NCBI GenBank assembly: GCA_964485795.1
Contig: CAZAJQ010000003.1
Span: 68,940-132,939 of the forward strand
Source: an uncultured Gammaproteobacteria bacterium
Lineage (GTDB): Bacteria; Patescibacteriota; Patescibacteriia; VMEV01; CAZAJQ01
Length of the DNA stretch: 64,000 nt
Direction of reading: 5' to 3'
This document shows positions 19,421 to 28,681 of this stretch, piece after piece; within the stretch, counting starts at the first letter, position 1, and every line of letters begins with the position of its first letter. The notes below the pieces were generated by a model, which searched no databases, was not told where the DNA came from, and saw only the letters and a program-made list of their open reading frames with translations. Position numbers and translations under genes: made by a program.

Positions 19421-20092
19421 ATGCGTTCAACTCGAGTAGACGTCATCATGCGTCAAATTCAAACCGATTATGATACCATCGCCGTTCATTTTTCGCAAAC
19501 CAGAAAAAAGGTTTGGACTGACCTTGATCCGTTGCTCGCGCATGTGAAAAACGGGGATAAGGTTCTCGATATGGGGTGCGGAGACGGGAGACTCTATGAA
19601 TACCTTCGAGCAAAAAACGTTGAGTATCTCGGCATGGATTTTTCAGAAGCTTTTATACGCATCGCGCGAAATCGATATCCGGACTTGAAATTTATCCGGC
19701 ATGATATGACGCGTAAGCTTTCATTTTCAGGATTTGATTGCGTATTTTTGATCGCAAGTCTCCAGCATCTTCCCACGCAAGCGTTGGCGATTGCAACGCT
19801 TCGAAACGTTTTTTCGTATCTGAAACCCGGCGGCTATCTTCTCATGACCAATTGGAATCTGTACCATCATAGCTTTTTGAAACATTTTTTTAAAACAAGA
19901 CTGCGACACCCGTTTTGGCCTCCAAAGAACGTTGAAATCCCTTGGAAAGACAGCGACGGAAAAATCCTCAGCCGTCGTTTTTATCATGCGTTTACGGTTC
20001 ATGAGCTGAAAAAACTTTTACAAAGATCGGGGTTTTGCGTTCTTGAGTTTCATGAAAGACAAAATTTCATTGTTGTCGCACAAAAGCGATGA
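19421..20092 (+). CDS. Trm9-like class I SAM-dependent methyltransferase
   Basis: SAM motif I (VLDMGCGDGRL). The N-terminal DYDTIAVHFSQTRKKVW matches the Trm9/ALKBH8-MT hallmark (V(Y/H)..IAPHFS.TR.K.WP), and the C-terminus FIVVAQKR resembles the Trm9 end. The gene is divergent from elp3, 46 bp away. Confidence 0.6.
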   Translation: MRSTRVDVIMRQIQTDYDTIAVHFSQTRKKVWTDLDPLLAHVKNGDKVLDMGCGDGRLYEYLRAKNVEYLGMDFSEAFIRIARNRYPDLKFIRHDMTRKLSFSGFDCVFLIASLQHLPTQALAIATLRNVFSYLKPGGYLLMTNWNLYHHSFLKHFFKTRLRHPFWPPKNVEIPWKDSDGKILSRRFYHAFTVHELKKLLQRSGFCVLEFHERQNFIVVAQKR

Positions 20093-20110
20093 TATACTTT
20101 TAAAATCCTT

Positions 20111-21373
20111 TTGGAGTCTCAGAAGATAATACAAATTGCGTTTGAATTAATTTTTTTTAAAAAAATCAGTGGTATGTTTTTATTTCATCAGAAGCGAAAA
20201 ATTCGCTCAGCATGTGCCGTTATCGTCTTGATATTTCTCGTTCCCGTCATAACCTTTGCGGCCGGCATCGTGAATGACAAACAGTGGTATCTGCCTTCGG
20301 ACGAGACTTTTGACGATAATCTTTTTGTGTCTGGTGAAGAGATCGTCATCGATGGCAATGTCAAGGGTGATGTGATCGCGGCCGGAGGAAGCGTGGAAGT
20401 GCGAGGCAATGTCGAAGGAGACATCATTGCGGCGGCAGGAGAGATCAGCGTATCCGGACATGTGGGCGGCAATGTGCGCGTCGCGGGCGGCGATGTTCGA
20501 CTTTTCGGAGATGTCGAAAAAAACGTCAACGTTTTTTCGGGACAATTTGATATGAACGATGAAAGTCATATCGGCGGAACGATGACGTTTTTCGGCGGTG
20601 CTGGAAATATCGCGGGGAGCATCGGTCGCGATCTCTATGTCGGAGCCGGCCAGCTTGCGCTGAAATCAATGGTTGAACGAAATGCGACGATTTGGAGCGA
20701 CTCCGAAGGCGTTTCACTTCATCCCAAGACTCGGATCGGCGGTGATTTCACCTATACCGGCTCCAATGAACTGCTGCTCGGTGACGATATGGTCGCCGGC
20801 AAGGTTCACTTCCAGAGATTGGCCGCCGCACCAAAAAAAGATATTTTGGGCTTCATGAAAACATTTGCCGCCGGATTTTCCGGGTTTTGGCTGGGTATGA
20901 AAGTCATGTCCATGCTCGGAATGTTTTTGGTCGGTCTCGTGATGATTTTTTTGAAAAAGAAAAAAGTCTTTGCCTTGGTCAAAGTCGCTTCGCAATCGTT
21001 TCCGAGGATTCTTGGGTACGGATTTTTGATGTTTATCATCATCCCCATCTGCGCCGTCATTGCCGCGTTTACGGTGGTGGGACTGCCGCTGGCCGCGACC
21101 CTTGTGGCGCTTTACCTTGTCATGCTGTATCTTTCCAAAGTTGTCATGGGCATTGCCTTGGGGCATTTTCTTTTGACATCATCGGGAAATACGGGTAAAA
21201 AAGGTTTCAAAGAAGCGAATCTTTTCGCATCCATGTTCCTCGGTATTTTCGCGCTCAGCGTGATGTCAACGCTTCCTTTGATCGGCTGGCTGATATCATT
21301 GATCGCGATCGTCTGGGGTTTTGGCGTCTTCTTCGTGTTTGAGAGGCAAATGCTCGAAAAAATCAAAGATTGA
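20111..21373 (+). CDS. Membrane protein with bactofilin-like (polymer-forming) beta-helical repeats
   Basis: N-terminal signal/TM helix. Repeats (GNVKGDVIAAGGSVEVRGNVEGDIIAAAGEISVSGHVGGNVRVAGGDVRLFGDVEKNVNV) fit the bactofilin/DUF342 pattern. The C-terminal third has 4-5 TM helices. The probable start is the internal Met at 20174. Confidence 0.45.
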   Translation: MESQKIIQIAFELIFFKKISGMFLFHQKRKIRSACAVIVLIFLVPVITFAAGIVNDKQWYLPSDETFDDNLFVSGEEIVIDGNVKGDVIAAGGSVEVRGNVEGDIIAAAGEISVSGHVGGNVRVAGGDVRLFGDVEKNVNVFSGQFDMNDESHIGGTMTFFGGAGNIAGSIGRDLYVGAGQLALKSMVERNATIWSDSEGVSLHPKTRIGGDFTYTGSNELLLGDDMVAGKVHFQRLAAAPKKDILGFMKTFAAGFSGFWLGMKVMSMLGMFLVGLVMIFLKKKKVFALVKVASQSFPRILGYGFLMFIIIPICAVIAAFTVVGLPLAATLVALYLVMLYLSKVVMGIALGHFLLTSSGNTGKKGFKEANLFASMFLGIFALSVMSTLPLIGWLISLIAIVWGFGVFFVFERQMLEKIKD

Positions 21374-21406
21374 CGCACTTACCACTGAGAATTTTATCTT
21401 TTCCGT

Positions 21407-22771
21407 ATGATTGACTCCATTTTCAAATCCTACGATATTCGCGGCGTATATCCTTCTGAACTGGATGAAAACAACGCCCATCAGATAGCCAAGGCTTTTT
21501 TCAGCCTCATAAAAAAAGAAAATCCGCGAAAAAATTTAAAGCTCGTCGTCGGGCGCGATATGCGACTTTCATCGCCGCAGATCCATGAACGCGTGATCGC
21601 CGCATTGGTGGAAAGCGGCGCGCATGTGATCGACGTCGGATTGGTCTCGACGCCGACTTTTTATTTTGCAGTCAGTTATTACGGTTACGACGGGGGGATC
21701 TTGGTCTCGGCATCGCATAATCCCAAGCAGTACAATGGCCTGAAAATGGTGCGTAGCAAAGCGCTCCCCATCAGCGGCGATTCGGGAATTTATTGGATGC
21801 GCGATCTTTGCAAGGGAGAAAAATTTCTTTCTTCAAAACGTCAAGGCAGCCTTGAAAAAAAGGAAGACGTTTTGCAAAAACAGGTGGAAGTGGAGCTCGC
21901 ATACGGAGCTCCTGAGAAGATTCGGGATTTCACGATTGTTTTGGACGGATCAAATGCCATGGGTTCCCAATATTTGGACGCTTTGTTCGGTCATTTGCCG
22001 TGCAAGCTTATCAAGCTCAATTTTGAGCTGGACGGCAATTTTCCGGTTCACGAAGCCGATCCATTTAAAGACGAGAATAATCGCCAAATTCAGGAAAAAG
22101 TGAAAGAAACCGAGGCCGATCTCGGCATCGTCACCGATGGCGACGGAGACAGGATTTTTTTCATCGACAACCTTGGTAAAACCATCGATCCGGCGTTGAT
22201 TCGCGGATTGATGGCAAAGATCTTGATTCGCAAGCATCCGGGTGCAAAGATCTGCTACGATATTCGTCCGGGAAAAATAACTCGAGATATGATTCTCGAA
22301 TCCGGCGGAGTTCCCTGCATCACAAAAGTCGGGCATTCGCTTATCAAGGAACAGGGGATCAAGGAAGGAGCGATTTTTGCGGGGGAGTCTTCGGGTCATT
22401 TTTTCATGAAAATGGAACACGGATTTTACGAAGCGCCAATGATCGTGATTCTCAAGTTGCTTGAGGAATTTTCGCAAAGCTCGATGCCGATTTCCGAGTA
22501 TTTGGCGCCGTATCAGCGCTATTTCCACTCCGGAGAGATCAATTTCAAAGTTTCGGACAAGGAAAAGGTCATGAAAGCGGTTGAGGAACGCTATTCCGAC
22601 GGACAAAAAAACATGCTCGACGGTTTGACCGTTGAGTATTCGGATTTTTGGTTCAATATTCGACCGTCAAATACGGAGTCGGTGCTGCGGCTCAATCTTG
22701 AAGCCGTTTCCGAAGCGATCATGAAAGCAAAAAAATCCGAAATCATTTCGATCATCGAGCAAGGAAAGTGA
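21407..22771 (+). CDS. Phosphomannomutase/phosphoglucomutase (alpha-D-phosphohexomutase)
   Basis: IFKSYDIRGVYPSELDE, an active-site Ser loop (VSASHNPKQYNGLK), a metal-binding loop (DGDGDR) and a sugar-binding segment (GESSGH). The YNG(L)K form indicates PMM/PGM rather than GlmM. Confidence 0.85.
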   Translation: MIDSIFKSYDIRGVYPSELDENNAHQIAKAFFSLIKKENPRKNLKLVVGRDMRLSSPQIHERVIAALVESGAHVIDVGLVSTPTFYFAVSYYGYDGGILVSASHNPKQYNGLKMVRSKALPISGDSGIYWMRDLCKGEKFLSSKRQGSLEKKEDVLQKQVEVELAYGAPEKIRDFTIVLDGSNAMGSQYLDALFGHLPCKLIKLNFELDGNFPVHEADPFKDENNRQIQEKVKETEADLGIVTDGDGDRIFFIDNLGKTIDPALIRGLMAKILIRKHPGAKICYDIRPGKITRDMILESGGVPCITKVGHSLIKEQGIKEGAIFAGESSGHFFMKMEHGFYEAPMIVILKLLEEFSQSSMPISEYLAPYQRYFHSGEINFKVSDKEKVMKAVEERYSDGQKNMLDGLTVEYSDFWFNIRPSNTESVLRLNLEAVSEAIMKAKKSEIISIIEQGK

Positions 22772-22800
22772 TTTTTTAAAATAGCTCTCGATTTCACGGT

Positions 22801-23517
22801 TTGAAAAATGATCAAAAAGGTATGCGTGTGATGAACCGATGGCGTCGTTTTTGGAGCGGGGAATACGTTTTTTTGATCGTATGTTTTATTTTTTTCGGAG
22901 CGGCCAATATCGCGATTTCGTTGCGAGACGGCAGTTTTCCGCAGGTATTGTGGTTTTGCTCCATGAACGTTTTTTTGTTTGTCGTCGCTTTGATGTTGAA
23001 AAATGATTTTTTGATCGGAAGCGTTTTTGTCGGGCAATTCGTTTTTCAGGCCGTGTGGACCACGGATATGGTGAGTTTTTTTTTGACGGGAAACCCGATT
23101 TTGCAGGTGGAAAATTATCTGAAATTTTCCGACGGCATGAGGCTTTTTGTGACCATGTATCATTTTCTCTTACTCATTGTCCCGCTTTGGGTTCTCATCA
23201 AGAAAAAGAATATTCATCGTTTGTCTTGGATGGGCGCATCGGTTTTTTTGTTGCTCGTATCGCTTGCTTCTTTGCCGTTCGGTATGAGTGAAAACATCAA
23301 TTGCGTCTATCTTCCGTGTCCTTTGGGAGTGTTTGAAAGATTGGGCATTTATTATGAGTCATTTCCGCTACCGTATTACCTCATCCACTGGATATCGCAT
23401 ACGATTTTATTTTTTATTCCCACGAATATGATCGCATTTTTTGCGTTTGAAATCGTTTTGGGGAACCGTCATCGAGATGATATGATGAAACTGAACACCG
23501 TGAGAAACGAGATATGA
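22801..23517 (+). CDS. Hypothetical polytopic membrane protein
   Basis: About six predicted TM helices and no recognisable motif. Its 3' end overlaps the murI start by 4 nt. Confidence 0.3.
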   Translation: MKNDQKGMRVMNRWRRFWSGEYVFLIVCFIFFGAANIAISLRDGSFPQVLWFCSMNVFLFVVALMLKNDFLIGSVFVGQFVFQAVWTTDMVSFFLTGNPILQVENYLKFSDGMRLFVTMYHFLLLIVPLWVLIKKKNIHRLSWMGASVFLLLVSLASLPFGMSENINCVYLPCPLGVFERLGIYYESFPLPYYLIHWISHTILFFIPTNMIAFFAFEIVLGNRHRDDMMKLNTVRNEI

Positions 23518-24350
23518 AAATAGGGATTTTTGATTCTGGTTTCGGGGGATTGACGGTATTCCGTCATATCGCGAAGAAATTTCCGATGTATGATTTTATC
23601 TATCTCGGCGATAATGCGCGCGCGCCCTATGGGAACAAATCTTGCGAAGCCGTATGCGAGTTATCGGAAAAAGCGGTTGATTTTCTTTTTGCGCAAAGCT
23701 GCCAGATCATCATCATTGCGTGCAATACGATATCGGCTCAAGCGCTCCGGACATTGCAGCAATCATATTTGAAAAAAAAGCAGGATGCTTCAAAACGCAT
23801 TTTGGGCGTGTTGATCCCCATGGCCGAAGAAGCGGTGCATATTTCCAAAAGAGGTCGCATCGGCATTATCGGCACCACCGGTACTATCGAATCAAAGGCT
23901 TTTGAGCGCGAATTACGGAAAAATTTTGACGTTCATAAGGCCGAATTGCCGTACAAAAGATTGTCTCTTTTCACCCAAGCTTGTCCCTTGCTCGTTCCTC
24001 TCGTGGAGGAAGGCTGGGAAAAAAGTCCGGTCGCCATGAAAGTATTGCGAAAATACCTTCGACCGCTCAAGGATAAAAAGATTGACACTTTGATTTTGGG
24101 TTGCACGCATTATCCGGTTTTTCTAAAAAACATACGTCAGATCATGGGAAAAAATTGTCATGTTCCCGATCCCGGGGAAATCATCGCCGATTCTTTGGGA
24201 AATTACTTGCAGCGACATCCGGAAATCGAGTCCGTGCTTTCAAAAAAAGGTCATATCCAAATGCTTACCACGGACGGAACAAAAAAATTCAATGAAATCG
24301 GCTCAAGATTTTTCGGTAAAAACATTCGATCCGAAAAAGTGTCATTGTAA
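23514..24350 (+). CDS. murI: Glutamate racemase
   Basis: MKIGIFDSGFGGLTV, YLGDNARAPYG, IIIACNTISA and GCTHYP: the canonical MurI motifs, including both catalytic Cys regions. Confidence 0.88.
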   Translation: MKIGIFDSGFGGLTVFRHIAKKFPMYDFIYLGDNARAPYGNKSCEAVCELSEKAVDFLFAQSCQIIIIACNTISAQALRTLQQSYLKKKQDASKRILGVLIPMAEEAVHISKRGRIGIIGTTGTIESKAFERELRKNFDVHKAELPYKRLSLFTQACPLLVPLVEEGWEKSPVAMKVLRKYLRPLKDKKIDTLILGCTHYPVFLKNIRQIMGKNCHVPDPGEIIADSLGNYLQRHPEIESVLSKKGHIQMLTTDGTKKFNEIGSRFFGKNIRSEKVSL

Positions 24351-24356
24351 ATATCT

Positions 24357-24695
24357 ATGAGCGAGCAGCAAAGCATACAAAACCCCGATATTGCGAACAA
24401 TCGAATCCATGCCGCTTTGGCGTACGTTTGGATACTGTGCGTCATCCCTCTCGTGTTTCGACGCGACAGCGAATACGCTCAATTTCACGGGAAACAGGGA
24501 TTCATGCTGCTGCTCATCGAGCTTTTTTCGTCGCTTTTGGGTTTGATTCCCAATATCGGGTTCGTTTTTTTCGTGATCGGCTGGGTATATGCCGTCACGC
24601 TTTCGGGGCTGGGAGTGATTCGAGCCGCACAGGGAGAAAAGTGGCAAATGCCGATATGGGGAGAATACGCAAAAAGGCTTATCATCGGATCATGA
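24357..24695 (+). CDS. Small membrane protein, DUF4870-like
   Basis: AALAYVWILCVIPLVF...HGKQGFMLLLIE pattern with two TM helices, typical of the DUF4870 family. Confidence 0.4.
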   Translation: MSEQQSIQNPDIANNRIHAALAYVWILCVIPLVFRRDSEYAQFHGKQGFMLLLIELFSSLLGLIPNIGFVFFVIGWVYAVTLSGLGVIRAAQGEKWQMPIWGEYAKRLIIGS

Positions 24696-24807
24696 TGGAG
24701 CTTTAGTATTGAGGCATTCAGTGCTCAGTTCACAGTACTCAGTACTCAGTGCTCAGCATATACTGAAGAGGAGGGGAGTCGCGAATGGGGAAGGGAAAAT
24801 TAAAAAT

Positions 24808-26247
24808 ATGAAAAAAACAAAAATCGTCTGCACCATCGGTCCTGCGAGCAGGGAGATCAAGACTTTGCGAAAGATGATCGTTTCTGGCATGAACGTCGCT
24901 CGGCTGAATTTTTCTCATGGTACGCACGAAGAGCATTTGCATTTGATTCGCAATATTCGAAAAGCCGCTCATGAGGAAGGCGCTGACGTAGCGATTTTGC
25001 AAGATCTGCAGGGTCCGAGAATCCGGGTGGGTGATGTGGAAAAAGAAGGCATTTCCATACGGCAGGGCGAGCATGTGGCATTGGTCAGTGAGCGATATTG
25101 GAAAAAAAAATCACAGAAATCCGTGAAAATCATACCGCAGCAATACGCCGGTTTGTATGATGATGTGAAGATCCATGACACGATTCTCATCGAAGACGGT
25201 ACCAAGCGTTTGAAAGTTGAGGGAAAAAAAGGCGGCATGATTTTTTGCAAAGTCATTGTGGGTGGCACTGTGTACGCCCATAAGGGCATCAATGTTCCGG
25301 GCGCTACTTTGCGAGCGAGCGCCATAACCGAAAAGGATATCGCGGATATACGATTTGGCTGTGAAAACGATGTTGATTATATCGCGCTTTCGTTTGTGCG
25401 ATCCGCAAAAGATCTGATGCGGCTTCGGGAGTTGATACAAAAATTCACGCCGAAAAAATTTTTATGCCCGGCAATCGTTCCCAAAATCGAAAGGCAGGAA
25501 GCCATCGACGATTTTCCAAACATTCTTGTCCATTCGGACGCCATCATGTATGCGCGCGGCGATTTGGCGCTCGAGATTCCCGCGCAGGAAGTCCCCATCT
25601 TGCAGAAAAAGCTCATCATGATCTGTCTGGAGGCGGCCAGACCGATTATCGTGGCCACGCAAATGCTCGAGTCCATGAAAGACAATATCCAGCCGACTCG
25701 AGCCGAGCTTTCCGACGTGGCCAACGCCGTGATCGATCATACGGACGCCATTATGCTGAGCGGGGAAACCGCCGGCGGGAAGTATCCGGTGGAAACCGTT
25801 GAGTTTATGGCCAAAGTCGCCCGAGAAGCCGAAAATTCGCCTTTTGACGACATGCCCTGCCATGAATTTCCCATCACGAGTTTGTCCGGTGGGCTGGCGC
25901 GATCCGTGTGTTTTTTAGCGCCGGATACGGGTATTTCAAAAGTCGTGGTTCTCAGCGACGATATGAAGGAAATCACGCTTTTTGCGCGTCATCGTGGCGA
26001 AATGAATATCATCGCCTTGGTTTCCGATGAAAAACGCATGAGGCAGTGCCAGCTCATATGGGGAGTGACGGCGAGCGTTTTGAGCAGAAAGGTTTTGGAA
26101 AATCCCACGACCGATGCGGTCGTCAAATTTTTGGGTCAAAAAAATATTCTTCGAAAAGGCGAAAGATGCATTCTTTGCAGTCATGCTCAGACTGGAAAAA
26201 AAGAGCATCATGAAGAGTTGAATTTCGTAAAAATCGAGAAACGGTGA
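24808..26247 (+). CDS. pyk: Pyruvate kinase
   Basis: TKIVCTIGPAS, GMNVARLNFSHG and MYARGDLALEIP, with a C-terminal regulatory domain. GA-rich RBS precedes the ATG at 24808. The track ORF begins at 24709, but that upstream part has no RBS and covers a heptad repeat. Confidence 0.9.
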   Translation: MKKTKIVCTIGPASREIKTLRKMIVSGMNVARLNFSHGTHEEHLHLIRNIRKAAHEEGADVAILQDLQGPRIRVGDVEKEGISIRQGEHVALVSERYWKKKSQKSVKIIPQQYAGLYDDVKIHDTILIEDGTKRLKVEGKKGGMIFCKVIVGGTVYAHKGINVPGATLRASAITEKDIADIRFGCENDVDYIALSFVRSAKDLMRLRELIQKFTPKKFLCPAIVPKIERQEAIDDFPNILVHSDAIMYARGDLALEIPAQEVPILQKKLIMICLEAARPIIVATQMLESMKDNIQPTRAELSDVANAVIDHTDAIMLSGETAGGKYPVETVEFMAKVAREAENSPFDDMPCHEFPITSLSGGLARSVCFLAPDTGISKVVVLSDDMKEITLFARHRGEMNIIALVSDEKRMRQCQLIWGVTASVLSRKVLENPTTDAVVKFLGQKNILRKGERCILCSHAQTGKKEHHEELNFVKIEKR

Positions 26248-26437
26248 TGTATTTCGCAAATACCTCAACCGTATTGAAAAACTCCGGATTATTGATATGC
26301 TGATGAGGTTTTAGAAAGTAAGATGAGACAGTAGCAAAATGCGAACTACTCGCCCTGAAGTTAAGCAAAGCGCATACTTCAGGGCTCGCTCCAGAGCTTC
26401 GTATTTCATCATTTTTTTACAGTCTCAAGACACATGT

Positions 26438-27554
26438 ATGAACGAACTTATTTCCCAGCTTGAGAATCTCAATGATCGGATTCTGGCGGCTTGGGACTAT
26501 CTTTGACATCGAGAAAACGCGGCGCGAAATATTTGCTCTTGAAGAAAAAATGCAAAGACCGGGTTTTTGGAATGATCAAAAAAAAGCGCAAGATATCACG
26601 CAAAGTCTCTCTGAAAAGAAAAATTTCACGCAAGAATGGGAAGCCCTTCGTAAGGGCGTTTCCGATATGATTGACTATGGAAGGCTCGCTTCCAAGGAAG
26701 ATCAGACGAGTGATTTTTCGGCGGATTTGAGAAAACAGTTTGAAACGTTGCAAAAAAATTTTCGTGCACTTGAATTGCAGCTTTTTTTCGGCGGAGACTA
26801 TGACGCTTCCAATGCGGTTGTTTCCATACACGCCGGGACCGGAGGCACCGAAGCGCAGGACTGGGCCATGATGCTGGAGCGTATGATTTTGAGGTATTGT
26901 GAGAAGAAAAATTTCCGCGCGGAAATTCTCGACCGATCCAAGGGAGGCGAGGCTGGCATCAAAAGCGCAACCTTGCTCGTGAAGGGCAGATACGCCTATG
27001 GATATCTGAAATCCGAGCATGGCGTTCATCGGCTCGTGCGCATATCGCCTTTTGATGCGGAAAAGATGCGACATACGTCATTTGCATTGATCGAAGTGAT
27101 CCCCGAGATTCAGACCGAGGACGAGATCACGATAGACCCCAAGGATCTTCGCATCGATACGTTTCTTGCCGGAGGCCACGGAGGACAAAGCGTCCAAACC
27201 ACGTATTCCGCCGTTCGAATCGTCCATTTGCCGACGAAAATCACGGTGAGTTGCCAAAACGAACGTTCGCAGACGCAAAATAAAGAAATGGCCATGAAGG
27301 TCTTGAAGAGCCGACTCCTGAAACGCAGAGAAGAAGAGCGCGAACGCGAAAAGCAAAAGCTCCGAGGCGAATACACTTCCGCCGAATGGGGCAATCAAAT
27401 CCGAAGCTATGTCTTGCATCCTTATAAAATGGTGAAGGATCATCGCACGAAGCAAGAAACATCCGATCCTTTGTCAGTTTTGAATGGAGAGATAGACGAT
27501 TTCATCGAAAGTTATTTGCGTTGGAAAAAATCCGCTTCAAATTCAAAGGAATAA
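26438..27554 (+). CDS. prfB: Peptide chain release factor 2, with programmed +1 ribosomal frameshift: join(26438..26503, 26505..27554)
   Basis: A short frame-0 ORF (MNELISQLENLNDRILAAWDYL) ends at an in-frame TGA inside CTT TGA C (26501-26507), the canonical RF2 shift site. Shifting +1 reads D-I-E-K-T... and gives a full-length RF2 with the SPF (SPFDAEKMRHTSFA) and GGQ (GGHGGQSVQTT) motifs. Confidence 0.85.
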
Positions 27555-27560
27555 ACTTTT

Positions 27561-28505
27561 TTGACTTGTTGTATGAACATCCTTGTCACCGGCGGTGCCG
27601 GCTTCATCGGATCGCATATCGTACACGAATTGCTGAAAAAAAATCATCATGTTTTTGTGGTGGACGATTTGTCTACGGGTAAAAAAAACAATTTGCACCC
27701 GATGGCCAAGTTTTACCGTTATGATATCCGCTCTTCAAAGATGGAAAAGCTTTTTAAAAAAATAAAATTCGACGTTGTCAATCATCATGCCGCGCAGAAG
27801 AATCTCCGATCCTCGGTGCAAGATCCGTTGAATGACGCCGATATCAATATCGTAGGCAGTTTGAAATTGCTGGAGTTGTGCAGAAAATACCATGTCAAAA
27901 AATTCATTTTTGCATCGACCGGAGGAGCTCTTTTTGACGATTCCGTCACGCTTCCGGCTCGCGAAGAAGAACGGTCGATACCGAAGTCTCCGTACGGCAT
28001 TTCAAAGCTTTGCATCGAACACTATTTGGAGTTCTATCATCGCGTGTACGGGCTTTCGTATGCGGCGCTTCGATATTCCAATGTCTATGGAGGGAGGCAA
28101 GACCCCAAAGGCGAGGCCGGGGTGATCGCGATATTCATCAAAAACATGTTGCGGGAAGAGCCGTGCACCATCACCGGCACGGGGAAACAAACGCGAGATT
28201 TCATCCATGTATCCGATGTCGTCAAAGCCAATATGCTGGCCATGCATTCATCGAAAACGGGTTCATACCATATCGGTACGGGCGTTGAAACGAGCATTCT
28301 CAAGCTTTTTGAAACGCTCTCTGATCTCCTTGGCTATAATGCGAGACCGGAGTTTTCAAAATCCGTTGCCGGCGAAGTGATGCGAAGCGTGCTCAGCTCT
28401 CAAAGAGCAAAAAAACAGCTTGGCTGGGAAGCAAAGACGTCACTTTTTGTCGGGTTGAAAAAAACGATCCCGTGGTTTTTGGAACAGGAGAAAAAATTAT
28501 TTTAG
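27561..28505 (+). CDS. NAD-dependent epimerase/dehydratase (UDP-glucose 4-epimerase-like)
   Basis: MNILVTGGAGFIGSH Rossmann motif and a catalytic YxxxK (PYGISKLCIEHY). The true start is probably the Met at 27573. Confidence 0.8.
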   Translation: MTCCMNILVTGGAGFIGSHIVHELLKKNHHVFVVDDLSTGKKNNLHPMAKFYRYDIRSSKMEKLFKKIKFDVVNHHAAQKNLRSSVQDPLNDADINIVGSLKLLELCRKYHVKKFIFASTGGALFDDSVTLPAREEERSIPKSPYGISKLCIEHYLEFYHRVYGLSYAALRYSNVYGGRQDPKGEAGVIAIFIKNMLREEPCTITGTGKQTRDFIHVSDVVKANMLAMHSSKTGSYHIGTGVETSILKLFETLSDLLGYNARPEFSKSVAGEVMRSVLSSQRAKKQLGWEAKTSLFVGLKKTIPWFLEQEKKLF

Positions 28506-28658
28506 ACTGTCCACAAGCAAAGCTTGACTGGAAGAGCACGGTGTTTTAATGTAAATCAAATATGCAAATGAGACGCAATCACATTATTACCCTTATGGTC
28601 GTTAGACTTTTGAAGTCGAGGGTATTTTGCATATAAAGAGAAGAAATTGCGAAGACCA

Positions 28659-28681
28659 ACCCTCGATGAGAGGGTTTTTTT
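28659..28681 (+). terminator. Terminator or attenuator hairpin
   Basis: accctc-gatga-gagggt followed by ttttttt. An upstream tcgagggt (28616-28623) can alternatively pair with accctcga (28659-28666), which is an antiterminator-like arrangement. Confidence 0.3.

Noticed and set aside
20188-21166. Several 113-150-aa minus-strand ORFs inside the bactofilin-like gene
   Set aside because: Antisense ORFs produced by the Gly/Val/Asp-rich repeat composition. No independent support.
26469-27074. 201-aa minus-strand ORF
   Set aside because: Antisense to prfB. Shadow ORF.
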